In this document: piece after piece, positions 7,639-16,804 of the stretch
How positions within the stretch are numbered: the first letter of the stretch is position 1
Layout: every line of letters starts with the position of its first letter
From: a bacterium
GTDB taxonomy: Bacteria > UBA8248
Direction of reading: 5' to 3'
Assembly: GCA_965203325.1 (NCBI GenBank)
Contig: OZ241875.1
Location: 1,024,001 to 1,088,000 of the forward strand
Length of the DNA: 64,000 bases
The notes under the pieces: generated by a model
What the model was told of the DNA's origin: nothing
The model's database searches: none
The model's input: only the letters and a program-made list of their open reading frames with translations
Made by a program: the position numbers and the translations under genes

Positions 7639-8082
7639 ACCGAACGTATACCCGGTCTTCGACGACTCGCGCCCCCTGGGATGCTCCGGGGTTGTACTGA
7701 GGCCGCTTGCGTTTTGATTACATTTATTTCAAGGAATTTATAACTGGCTTGAAAACAATGATTTAATTTTCATATTCTGGATAATACGATAAATACCGAT
7801 AAATTAACGGGGTTTTTCGATAAATAGCTGACAATTTTTTTCTCGGGAAATGACGCCGCGGAATCCGGGCGCAGGGGAATCCTGCCACAGTCTGCGACTC
7901 CATCGATGACGGCAAATGCGCGCAAATGCGGGGATTTTCGCACCCTCACCGCTCAGGCCGGCTCCCGGGCGATCAAAAACGTCTTTCATTTTTTCACAAG
8001 CGATATATTGTTGTAATTCAATAGCTTAGGAGGCCGGATTCCGCCGCCGGGAAACAGTCCATAGCGAGGCAGCCCGGTTTGG

Positions 8083-8091
8083 TGATATAAT
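8083..8091 (+). promoter_or_regulatory. Extended -10 promoter element
   Basis: TGaTATAAT ~45 bp upstream of the 8135 ATG, which has an AGAGGA SD. Confidence 0.5.
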
Positions 8092-8134
8092 GGCGTCACC
8101 ATATCCGGGAGTCATTTCCTAAGAGGAAACCGCG

Positions 8135-8776
8135 ATGCCCAGACGCCATAAAGTACGGAAATACAAGCCCTATCTCATGCGCTACCTCCATTCGGCCGAC
8201 CCGAACTACGAGCCGGTGCTCATGGATTTGCTCGAACACGAGCACGAGGTGTATGACGAGAGCACCGTCGGCGAGGGGGCCGAGTCGACCCGCGGAGAGC
8301 GGCTTCCCCACATGTGGCACGTTGTTTTTACGGAACTTACGGACATTCTCACCCCGTTCCACATCGAGCAGCTCTTCGAGCGGCTGGAGAAGGATTTCGC
8401 CGCCACCTGCCAGGTTCTGCGCGAGATGTCCGACCCGCAACCGGTCGAAAAAGAGCCGGAATTCAGGCATTACCTCATGCGCTACATGAACTCGGACGAC
8501 CCGAACTACGAGCCGGTGCTCAGAGACATTCTCGAGCACGAACACGAGAGATACGACGCCATCACGGCGAGCGAGGAGGTTGATTTCCAGCGCGGCGAGC
8601 AAGGAACGCTCGCCTGGCAGGCGGTATATAGCCAACTCTGCAGCGTCATTTCGCCCGCGCGAATCAAAGAGCTTTTCGACAAGCTGGAAAGGGATTTCTC
8701 GGCCACCTGCGCGCTCTTCCACGAGATGGCCGAGGCCGAGAAACTCATACAGGAAGAAGAGGGCGGACCCGGCTAG
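8135..8776 (+). CDS. Hypothetical protein made of two ~100-aa tandem helical repeats
   Basis: YLMRY..S.DPNYEPVL.D.LEHEHE.YD...W..V...L...I..LF..LE.DF.ATC occurs twice with a 300-nt period; SD present. Confidence 0.85.
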   Translation: MPRRHKVRKYKPYLMRYLHSADPNYEPVLMDLLEHEHEVYDESTVGEGAESTRGERLPHMWHVVFTELTDILTPFHIEQLFERLEKDFAATCQVLREMSDPQPVEKEPEFRHYLMRYMNSDDPNYEPVLRDILEHEHERYDAITASEEVDFQRGEQGTLAWQAVYSQLCSVISPARIKELFDKLERDFSATCALFHEMAEAEKLIQEEEGGPG

Positions 8777-8901
8777 ACCCGGCTTCACGCCCCTTGCCAC
8801 TCCCGGCCGCTATCCTTACAATCCAAGGCTCACCAAGCCGAAAGACAACCGGACGCCTCATCAAATCAGAGGTTTACAGCTCATCGAGAGGGGAATCCCG
8901 C

Positions 8902-9288
8902 ATGGCCGAATACTCATACGACCACCTTCACTTCAGGAGCGAAGACCCGCACGCCGCCCGCGATTTCTGGATCGACATGTTCGGCGCCACCGTCGTGGAG
9001 GAGCGCAAGCTGGGGGGCGCGCCTTCGTTCAACATGGAGTTGAACGGCATGGTGTTCCTCGTCTCGGGCCGGGCGGAGGGAGAAGACCCCGTGCGGACTG
9101 GCTCCGAACCCCGCTACGGGCTGGATCATTTCGGGCTCCGGGTCGACGACATGGACGAGGCGCAAAAAGAGCTGACCGAAAAGGGCGCGGAGTGGATTTG
9201 CGAGCCCTGGGAGATTCGGCCGGGTGTGAAGATCGCCTTCATCAAGGGGCCTGACAACATCAGCATCGAGATGGCCCAGCGCGGCTGA
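8902..9288 (+). CDS. VOC/glyoxalase family protein
   Basis: DHLHFRS...GLDHFGLRVDD...IAFIKGPDNISIE; start moved to ATG 8902 after GAGGGG. Confidence 0.9.
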   Translation: MAEYSYDHLHFRSEDPHAARDFWIDMFGATVVEERKLGGAPSFNMELNGMVFLVSGRAEGEDPVRTGSEPRYGLDHFGLRVDDMDEAQKELTEKGAEWICEPWEIRPGVKIAFIKGPDNISIEMAQRG

Positions 9289-9480
9289 TTTCTTCACCTC
9301 GGACGACATCAATCGGCAGGGACGGTCATACCGGCATGGTATTGTTTTCATTCACTCTCAGGCGATGCCAGGGTAATTGTCCGCCGGATGCGACACGGGT
9401 GAATTTCGGGAACTGGCGTATGCGCGCTCAGAAGTGGTAACCTTCTCAGAGAAACGTATCCCGCCGCCGGGGATTTCGTC

Positions 9481-10167
9481 ATGGAGAAATGGAACAGACG
9501 AGAGCTGCTGAAAAACTCCCTGCTCGGCCTGACCGCGCTCGGCACAGGCGCATTCGCGCTTCGGGAAACCCTCGCTCCCACGCCCGCTTACGGCGAATTG
9601 GGGGAATACGGAAAATTTCTGCTCGCGCGAGGCGAAAAGCCGGATGAGGCTCCGCCCCAGGCGCGAATGCCGACTCACTCGGACTCCATGGGACCCTATT
9701 ACAAGGAAGGGGCTCCTTTCCGTGGCCGCCTGATGCCCCGGGACGCGGCGGGAACGCCCATGCTCATCCGCGGCCGCGTCTATGGACACGACACCCAGAA
9801 ACCGCTCGAGGGCGCGATTATCGACGTCTGGCAGGCGGATGACAGCGGCAGCTACCACGGCATGGACGAGAAGGAGAATTATCTCTACAGGGCGCGTATG
9901 CGCTCCACAAGGAGAGGGCTGTACCAGTTCGAAACCGTGCATCCGGGGCGATACGGCTTCGGCTTCTGGGCGAGGCCCTCACACATTCATTTCTATATCC
10001 GCCATCCCGATTACCAGCCCCTGGTGACGCAACTGTATTTTCGGGGCGACCCGAGACTGGGCGACCATGAAAGAGCGAGACCCTCATTGATCATCCCGCT
10101 CAAGAAGGTTTCCTGGGGAAAAACCTACGAACTCGGAAATTTCGATATCGTTCTGGTGCGGAAATGA
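9481..10167 (+). CDS. Intradiol ring-cleavage dioxygenase-like protein with twin-arginine signal
   Basis: NRRELLK Tat motif; GPYY, IDVWQADDSGSY, FETVHPGRY, RPSHIH and TQLYF (2 Tyr + 2 His Fe ligands). Confidence 0.85.
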   Translation: MEKWNRRELLKNSLLGLTALGTGAFALRETLAPTPAYGELGEYGKFLLARGEKPDEAPPQARMPTHSDSMGPYYKEGAPFRGRLMPRDAAGTPMLIRGRVYGHDTQKPLEGAIIDVWQADDSGSYHGMDEKENYLYRARMRSTRRGLYQFETVHPGRYGFGFWARPSHIHFYIRHPDYQPLVTQLYFRGDPRLGDHERARPSLIIPLKKVSWGKTYELGNFDIVLVRK

Positions 10168-10207
10168 GGAAAATCGCACGTTTTCAACTACTTGAAATGC
10201 CCCGCTC

Positions 10208-11524
10208 TCAGCCGTAGAGCGCCGCTTGAAGCTGCTCGCGCATTCTCTCGGGCGCCATACCAAAAGCGCGCAGCGTGTCCTCCGCTTCATGAATGACCCG
10301 GTCGATATCCTCATAGATTTTGTACGTCTTGGTGTAGTCGGGATACTCGAACCCCATGGCCTGGCCGAGAATCGTCATGAAGTTCTCGATTTCAAAGGAT
10401 TCACCCTTTTCCAGACCGCATAGTTCACGGTGACAACTGTGATAAACGGTGAGCAGCGAATCCACCTTGGCGCGGCGCGCCGAGTCGAAAAGTTTCTCCC
10501 GCATCGCCGCTTTCGCCTCGGGAATGACGAGCGTGGGACACTGATAGGCATGATCGGAGAGTTGTTCAATCTCCACAAACTCGAGGCCGGGAACCGCCCG
10601 GAGAATTTTCACCACGTTTTCTTCGACGCCATCGCTGCCCCCGTGCAGGTGCACGGCCACGCGCTTTTCCACTTTTTGCGTGAATTCTCCCCTTAAAGCC
10701 TCCAGATTGTCCACCAGATATTGCGTGATGTGGACGAAGGGCAGGGTTTCCTCTTCGCTATTTATCGAATCACCCGCCATGGGGAGAAGCGGCTTGCCGG
10801 TATAGAGGTGTTGGTATTCGGAGTACTGCATCTGGCAGGTCGGGCAAAACGTAATGACTTTCTCGGGCTGATATGACTTGAAATGATCCAAAGAGCGCGC
10901 GCCCATCGCCGCCCCCGCCTCCAGATCTCCGCGCCTGATGTGGTTAATGCCGCAGCAATGGCCCACGCCGCCGGCGACCTCATAGTCCAGCCCCAGCCGG
11001 TCGAAAACATCGATGCAGGAGAGCAGGATATGGGGCGTCTGGAGGATGTTGCACCCAAAGTAAAACACCGCGTCCACTTTGTTCGCCTCCGAGCCCCGCA
11101 CGGCGGTGAGGCGTCTGAATTGTTCGGGTTCTAATTGCAAAGCGGCCATGAAACGAATCTTCCGGCTCAAGTCCTGAAAATAAGACCTGCCGGCTTCCTG
11201 GATGTCCGCTTTCTCTGATTCGATATTCTGTAGCTTCAGCTTGGCGTAGGTGAGCATTTCACGCGGATTGACGTCTTCCGGACAGGCCTCGATGCAAACT
11301 CCGCTTTTTTGGCAAGCCTTGGCCCACAATGCCCCTTCCGGTTCATGCGGACGATCGTTGATGATGTTGAGCACGGATTTCGTTACCCTCTCCGGGTCTG
11401 CGCCTTTCGCTCCCGAATACGAAACCATCGGGCAGACCTCGTAACATTTTCCGCAATGCGTACAGGCTTCGGTGATTCGGGAGATTCGCTCTTCCATGAA
11501 ACTCCGGTAGGCAGTCGCTTCCAT
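10208..11524 (-). CDS. Fe-S oxidoreductase (GlpC/HdrD-like, CCG domain)
   Basis: CTHCGKCYEVCP, CQKSGVCIEACP, YFGC, HCCG, CPTC. Confidence 0.85.
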   Translation of the reverse strand: MEATAYRSFMEERISRITEACTHCGKCYEVCPMVSYSGAKGADPERVTKSVLNIINDRPHEPEGALWAKACQKSGVCIEACPEDVNPREMLTYAKLKLQNIESEKADIQEAGRSYFQDLSRKIRFMAALQLEPEQFRRLTAVRGSEANKVDAVFYFGCNILQTPHILLSCIDVFDRLGLDYEVAGGVGHCCGINHIRRGDLEAGAAMGARSLDHFKSYQPEKVITFCPTCQMQYSEYQHLYTGKPLLPMAGDSINSEEETLPFVHITQYLVDNLEALRGEFTQKVEKRVAVHLHGGSDGVEENVVKILRAVPGLEFVEIEQLSDHAYQCPTLVIPEAKAAMREKLFDSARRAKVDSLLTVYHSCHRELCGLEKGESFEIENFMTILGQAMGFEYPDYTKTYKIYEDIDRVIHEAEDTLRAFGMAPERMREQLQAALYG

Positions 11525-11808
11525 GACGTTCCTTCATGAGGATGGAAAATGAGCAGAAATTTTATGGGAGCCGACCGGCGTGGTCAACCAAACAGATAAT
11601 GGATGGTGCCACGCTGCTTGAGATAGCATGATGGCGTGAGCAGTCGTCTCATCCTGGGAGTTTTTGACCCGGCTCCGCCAATATGTTAGTTAGGAGCCAG
11701 TTTCCTGACTCCCTGAGTGACGGAAAACCCTCATGGAAACGGTCTCATCCCTGCATCCGCGCAAACATGATTTGCTTTTTACGGAAAGCTTCGAGGAGGT
11801 TTTGAGAA

Positions 11809-13317
11809 ATGCCGAATGCTACAGAGAAATACGATGTCGTCGTCGTGGGTTGCGGCAATGCCGCACTATGCGCATCGCTTGCGGCGCGAGACCAGGGTGC
11901 GAATGTATTGGTGCTCGAAAAAGCGCCCGAGGCATGGCGCGGCGGCAATTCGGCTTTCTCGGGAGGCTTGTTTCGGTTCGCCTTTAACAGCATCGAGGAC
12001 ATCTACTCGCTCGTACCGGACCTTTCCGACGCCGAGAAAGAAAATATCGAGATTGACCCCTACACATCGGAAAAATTCTTTGAAGACCTCGCCCTGTTGA
12101 CCGAATACCAGACTGACGGCGACCTTGCCTCCGTCCTCATCCACGAGTCGTTTCCGACCCTGAAATGGATGCAATCGAAGGGTCTGCGGCTCATCCTCGC
12201 AAGCGGCCGGCAGGCATTCAAGGTGGACGGCAAGATGCGCTTCTGGGGCGGTCTGGTTCTCGAGATCGTGGGCGGCGGACGCGGCCTCATAGATTCCCTG
12301 CTTGATTCTGCGAACGAGGCCGGAGTCGAGATTCGCTACGCATCGAAGGCGATGCGCCTGCTCACGGACCCGATGGGCGGCGTGACGGGCGTCGAAGTAA
12401 AAGGTCCCGATGGGCCTTACGAAATCGAGACGCACGGTGTGGTGCTGGCGTCGGGTGGTTTCGAGGCGAACGCCGAGATGCGCTGCCGCTACCTGGGTCC
12501 GGGCTGGGAGCTCGCAAAAGTCCGCGGCACCCCCTACAACACGGGCGACGGCATCAAGATGGCGCTCGATATCGGCGCGCAGCCCTACGGCAACTGGAGC
12601 GGCTGTCACGCCGTGGCCTGGGATTTGAACGCCCCGCCCTTCGGTGATCTCACGGTAGGAGAGTCCTACCAGAAACACTCCTATCCGTTCGGCATCATCG
12701 TGAACATCGAGGGAAAACGCTTCGTGGACGAGGGGGCCGATTTCAGAAACTATACCTACGCAAAATACGGCCGAAACATCCTCCAGCAGCCCCAGCGGGC
12801 CGCTTTTCAGATTTTCGACCAGAAAACGGTTCACATGCTGCGCGACGAATATCGCATCCGCGAAGTCACCAAGGCCGAGGCCAACACGCTGGAAGAACTT
12901 GCCGGACAACTGGAGATCGATGTCGATGAGTTCGTCAAAACCGTTCAGGAATACAACGCCGCCGTTCAGTCGGGCGAATACAACCCGACGATCAAAGACG
13001 GCAAATGCACACAGGGTATCGACCCCCCGAAATCGAACTGGGCGCTTCCCATCGATGAGCCGCCCTATCTCGGCTTCGCCGTTACCACGGGCATCACGTT
13101 CACCTTCGGCGGCATCCGCGTGACACCCAAAGCGGAGGTCATGAATACCGAAAACGAGATCATCCCCGGTCTCTTCGCCGCGGGCGAACTCGTGGGCGGC
13201 GTCTACTATTTCAACTACCCGGGAGGCGCAGGGCTGACCCTGGGCTCCGTATACGGTCGGCTGGCGGGCACCGCAGCGGGGCAGCGCGCCGCCGAGGCGA
13301 ATACGGTCTCCGCGTAA
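11809..13317 (+). CDS. tcuA: FAD-dependent tricarballylate dehydrogenase TcuA-like flavoprotein (FAD_binding_2)
   Basis: DVVVVGCGNAA, RGGNS, LASGGFEAN, VRGTPYNTGDG, RFVDEGADFRNYTYAKYG, GITFTFGG, NYPGGAGL. Confidence 0.75.
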   Translation: MPNATEKYDVVVVGCGNAALCASLAARDQGANVLVLEKAPEAWRGGNSAFSGGLFRFAFNSIEDIYSLVPDLSDAEKENIEIDPYTSEKFFEDLALLTEYQTDGDLASVLIHESFPTLKWMQSKGLRLILASGRQAFKVDGKMRFWGGLVLEIVGGGRGLIDSLLDSANEAGVEIRYASKAMRLLTDPMGGVTGVEVKGPDGPYEIETHGVVLASGGFEANAEMRCRYLGPGWELAKVRGTPYNTGDGIKMALDIGAQPYGNWSGCHAVAWDLNAPPFGDLTVGESYQKHSYPFGIIVNIEGKRFVDEGADFRNYTYAKYGRNILQQPQRAAFQIFDQKTVHMLRDEYRIREVTKAEANTLEELAGQLEIDVDEFVKTVQEYNAAVQSGEYNPTIKDGKCTQGIDPPKSNWALPIDEPPYLGFAVTTGITFTFGGIRVTPKAEVMNTENEIIPGLFAAGELVGGVYYFNYPGGAGLTLGSVYGRLAGTAAGQRAAEANTVSA

Positions 13318-13346
13318 ATCTTCCTGTCTTTAAGGGACGAGGCGCT

Positions 13347-13925
13347 TTACGCCGTAATACCGCTCATAGAGATCGATTCGCCGTTCAGGCTCATCGTGCT
13401 TTTCAGAGGAACGGCGTCCGTCACCATTTGCTCGGCGAAACATCCCTGCTTCGCATTTTTGATGACTGCCAGTATTTTCTCCGCCGGTTCATCGGATTCC
13501 ACTTCAAAGTGCGTACGCACCTCGTTGCATCCGGCATTCACCGTTCCCTTGAGAACAGAGCCCCGTAAGAAATAATCGAAATCCACGTGCACCTTGGCGT
13601 GCGTGAAGGACACTTTCATCATATGCGCGTACCGCGCAAGCTGGGTGAGCAGTCAGAACCCCACCCCCATGGCAATGTAGCAAAGCGGTTGGGGATAGGA
13701 ATCCTCACCGCCGATGCGGGGCGGTTCATCGCAATACACTTCGAAGTGTCTGTGCGTTCCCAGCTTGAGTTGACCCTTACCCTCTATCGTTTCGGTGTCG
13801 GCGGACATGGTGAAAGCATAGCCCTGCCTGGGGAGTTCGGGTTTGTCGATGGCACGCTCACCGGGAACGGTGCTGTCTTTACGCGGGTCGAGTGGTTCCA
13901 CTTGTCTTGTCTCCTTTGGTGTCAT
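13347..13925 (-). CDS. OsmC/Ohr-family protein, probable selenoprotein (UGA at 13655-13653 read as Sec); 192 aa
   Basis: ORFs 13653..13925 and 13347..13622 are in one frame separated only by TGA: CDEPPRIGGEDSYPQPLCYIAMGVGF-U-LLTQLARYAHMMK. UGA sits at the conserved first active-site Cys position; second Cys in GCFAEQ; hairpin just downstream. Confidence 0.85.
13624..13638 (-). promoter_or_regulatory. Putative bacterial SECIS hairpin
   Basis: Minus strand UGA-14 nt-UGCGCG-GUA-CGCGCA: a perfect 6-bp stem with GU in the apical loop. Confidence 0.7.
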
Positions 13926-14020
13926 AAGAATGGCGGAAGAAAGACGCTATTATGCACGCAAGGGCGGTGCAAGCGAACCGCCGGAGCACTCGTTTTCTCG
14001 TGGTTAAAAGGGGCTATTTT

Positions 14021-14974
14021 GTGAACCGAATCGCCGTGCCAGATGACTACCCTTCCGTTTTCATGGGCAGCACCGCCGAGACCCGTCTGCGGGAGATCGG
14101 GGATGCGGAAATCCATACCTCAAACCCGCAAACGTCCGAAGAACTGCTAAAACGAGTTTCCGGGGCCGATGGAATCATCAACATCCGGGCTTTTTGCAAA
14201 TTCGACGCGGATTTTTTCTCGAATTGCGGCGGTCTCAAGGTACTTTCGATCTGGGGCACGGGGGCGGATCACGTCGATTTGAAGGCAGCCGAGAGCGTAG
14301 GCGTCATCGTATCGAACACACCGGGCGTGGCCGCCGTTTCCGTGGCGGAACACACTCTGACCCTCATGATGGCGGCCGCGCGTCAGATACCCGTCAATGA
14401 TTCCGCCATACGGACGGGCGAGTGGCCACGGGGACAGATGACGCAATTGCACGGAAAAACACTCGGCCTCATCGGCCTTGGCGCCATCGGCCGCCAGACG
14501 GCCCGCATCGCCGCCGGGGTCGGAATGAAGCTCATCGCCTGGACGTTTCATCCGGACGATGATTTCGCCGCAGAAGCAGGGCTGGAGTTCGTCGATTTGA
14601 ACACTTTGTATGAACAGGCGGATGTCGTCTCGATTCACGTACGGCAATCGGCTGACACCATCGGCATGATTGGCGCCGAGGCATTCTCCCGCATGGGGCC
14701 AGATACCATTTTGGTGAACACCGCGCGGGGGCCTGTCGTGGATGAAGAAGCGCTCATAGCGGCATTGGAAAGCGGGGCCTTGGCTGCGGCGGGTCTTGAC
14801 GTATTCGATCAGGAGCCTTTACCCCCGAACCATCCGATCGGGAAACTGAAAAACGTGGTTCTCTCCCCGCACAATGCAGGCATCACGCCTGAGGTTACCG
14901 AAGCAGGACTTTTGATGTCGGTGGAAAACATTGCCGCCGCACTCTCGGGCAACCCGCAAAACGTGGTGCATTAA
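14021..14974 (+). CDS. D-isomer-specific 2-hydroxyacid dehydrogenase (SerA-like)
   Basis: GKTLGLIGLGAIG, NTARG, GLDVFDQEP, SPHNAG; GTG start after AAGGGG. Confidence 0.9.
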   Translation: MNRIAVPDDYPSVFMGSTAETRLREIGDAEIHTSNPQTSEELLKRVSGADGIINIRAFCKFDADFFSNCGGLKVLSIWGTGADHVDLKAAESVGVIVSNTPGVAAVSVAEHTLTLMMAAARQIPVNDSAIRTGEWPRGQMTQLHGKTLGLIGLGAIGRQTARIAAGVGMKLIAWTFHPDDDFAAEAGLEFVDLNTLYEQADVVSIHVRQSADTIGMIGAEAFSRMGPDTILVNTARGPVVDEEALIAALESGALAAAGLDVFDQEPLPPNHPIGKLKNVVLSPHNAGITPEVTEAGLLMSVENIAAALSGNPQNVVH

Positions 14975-15097
14975 TCATGATTTGCTATAATGAGACTTTG
15001 GAATAGGCCATTTTCTTTACCCGGAGACCATCTGCTTGTGTCAATAGCAGCATGAAGATTCCTTCAATTTTTCGCCCGAATGGTCAAGGAGAAAAAA

Positions 15098-15778
15098 ATG
15101 AGTCCTACAGGAAGGGCCTGCGTAGCAGAAGCCATCGGCACGTTTGCACTGTGCTTCATCGGCGCGGGCTCCATCATCTTGAATCAGAAAACGGGCGGAG
15201 CCGTAGGTTTAATCGGCATCGCCTTGGCCCATGGTTTGATCCTCTCGGTCATGATTTCCGCCATGGGGCACGTCTCGGGCGGTCATTTCAATCCTGCAGT
15301 CACGATCGGCTTCATGGTGACCAAAAAAACAGACAGCGGCACGGGTATCTCCTACATCATCAGCCAACTCGTGGGCGGAACCGTGGCCGGCATCCTGTTG
15401 AGAATCATCTTTGCCGCCGACGTCTGGCAAAAGGTGAATCTGGGAACACCGACGCTGGCAAGTGACGTGAGCTTCGGCATGGGGATTCTGATCGAAATCA
15501 TCCTCACGTTCTTCCTTGTCACCGCTATCTGGGGCTCCGCCGTAGACGACAGACACCCCGACGTGGGTGGTTTCGCGATCGGCCTCACCATCGCCGCAGA
15601 CATTTTGATGGGTGGCCCACTCACGGGCGCATCCATGAATCCGGCCCGCACGTTCGGTCCCGCACTGGCCGGAGGCGGTTTCGACGGCATCAATCACCTC
15701 GTCTACTGGATAGGGCCCATCATCGGCGGCGTGGCGGCGGCGCTGGTGTACAACAACATATTGATTAAAAAAGAATAA
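15098..15778 (+). CDS. MIP family aquaporin (TIP-like)
   Basis: SGGHFNPAVT and GASMNPARTFGP; six TM helices; AAGGAG SD before ATG 15098. Confidence 0.95.
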   Translation: MSPTGRACVAEAIGTFALCFIGAGSIILNQKTGGAVGLIGIALAHGLILSVMISAMGHVSGGHFNPAVTIGFMVTKKTDSGTGISYIISQLVGGTVAGILLRIIFAADVWQKVNLGTPTLASDVSFGMGILIEIILTFFLVTAIWGSAVDDRHPDVGGFAIGLTIAADILMGGPLTGASMNPARTFGPALAGGGFDGINHLVYWIGPIIGGVAAALVYNNILIKKE

Positions 15779-15780
15779 AG

Positions 15781-15817
15781 AAAAAACCGCCCCGGCACTT
15801 ATCAACTGCCGGGGCGG
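15781..15817. terminator. Intrinsic terminator between convergent genes
   Basis: ccgccccggca/tgccggggcgg stem preceded by an A6 run (U-tract on minus strand). Confidence 0.8.
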
Positions 15818-15831
15818 GTGCGTCCGGTTTC

Positions 15832-16794
15832 TTACGCGTCTTCTCTGACAACGTTGCTGGGTGAACCCCTTAAAAATGCTTCGATGTTCGCTACCGGCAC
15901 GTCGCGGAACCTCGCATACGTGCCGTCTGTAATCCAGGCCGAATGCGGCGTGATGACGACGTTATCCAAAGAACGATATATCGAATCTTCCGGCAACGGC
16001 TCGAAAGGTTCGAAAACATCGAGTCCCCCACCCGCGATGCGCCGATTTCGCAAGGCGTCGAGCAGCGCATCCTCATCCACATACTGAGCGCGCGCTGTAT
16101 TGATGAAAAACGCCGTCTCTTTCATCCGGGCGAATTTCTCTCTCGTCATGAAGGGCGCTGCGTCCGCCGGCAAATGTAGTTGAAGCGATACCACATCAGA
16201 CGCGAGGCATTCCTCCACAGTAGCCGCTTCCGCCCCCTCTGCTTGTGCACGCTCTGGCGTCATCGAAGGCGAACATGTGATAACCCGCATACCGAAACCC
16301 AGGGCCATACGGCAAACCAGACGAGCGATGTGACCGAAACCGATGAGTCCCAGCGTCTTCCCGGCAAGTTCGACTCCCAGATCCTGTGGCCAGCCGCCCT
16401 CCTTCATGGCGGGGAACATGAGCGGCATTCTTTTCGCCAGCGTCAGGATCAGCATCATCGTGTGCTCGGCCACCGAAGAGGCGCTCGCCGCAGGCGTCGT
16501 GCTCACTACAATCCCGCGCTCGTTCGCGCGAGCCATGTCGACCATGCGCGGGCGCGTACCCATTACGGAAATCATCTTGAGATGAGGAATGTGATCCAGT
16601 AAATCGGTTGTCTTGAAGTCGGTCTGGTACCTGGTCGTGAGAATGATTTCCGCTTCTTTCAGGCGCTCGCGGAGCGATACTTCGCTGTCAGCATTCTCGG
16701 TGTAGTAATGCACGTCGCCCAAGGCACGCAGGCGCCCGAGGGCTTCGGAGTCTTCAAACAAGCGGAAGCAATCGTCTGGAATAACGATTTGCAT
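15832..16794 (-). CDS. D-isomer-specific 2-hydroxyacid dehydrogenase
   Basis: GKTLGLIGFGHIA, INTAR, GLDVFEPFEP, TPHSAW. Confidence 0.9.
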   Translation of the reverse strand: MQIVIPDDCFRLFEDSEALGRLRALGDVHYYTENADSEVSLRERLKEAEIILTTRYQTDFKTTDLLDHIPHLKMISVMGTRPRMVDMARANERGIVVSTTPAASASSVAEHTMMLILTLAKRMPLMFPAMKEGGWPQDLGVELAGKTLGLIGFGHIARLVCRMALGFGMRVITCSPSMTPERAQAEGAEAATVEECLASDVVSLQLHLPADAAPFMTREKFARMKETAFFINTARAQYVDEDALLDALRNRRIAGGGLDVFEPFEPLPEDSIYRSLDNVVITPHSAWITDGTYARFRDVPVANIEAFLRGSPSNVVREDA

Positions 16795-16804
16795 CGATGA
16801 GGCT

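Noticed and set aside
7345..7680. tmRNA, tRNA-Sec, 6S, RNase P, SRP, riboswitch, attC or type I toxin
   Set aside because: The minus strand has GGGGGCG but no T-arm/CCA end or ALAA-type tag. Hallmark motifs of the other classes were not found, and the small ORFs are not hydrophobic toxin-like.
13347..13925. Two small separate genes or a nonsense pseudogene
   Set aside because: The single stop is UGA at the catalytic Cys position, in frame, with a SECIS-like hairpin; both halves are otherwise intact.
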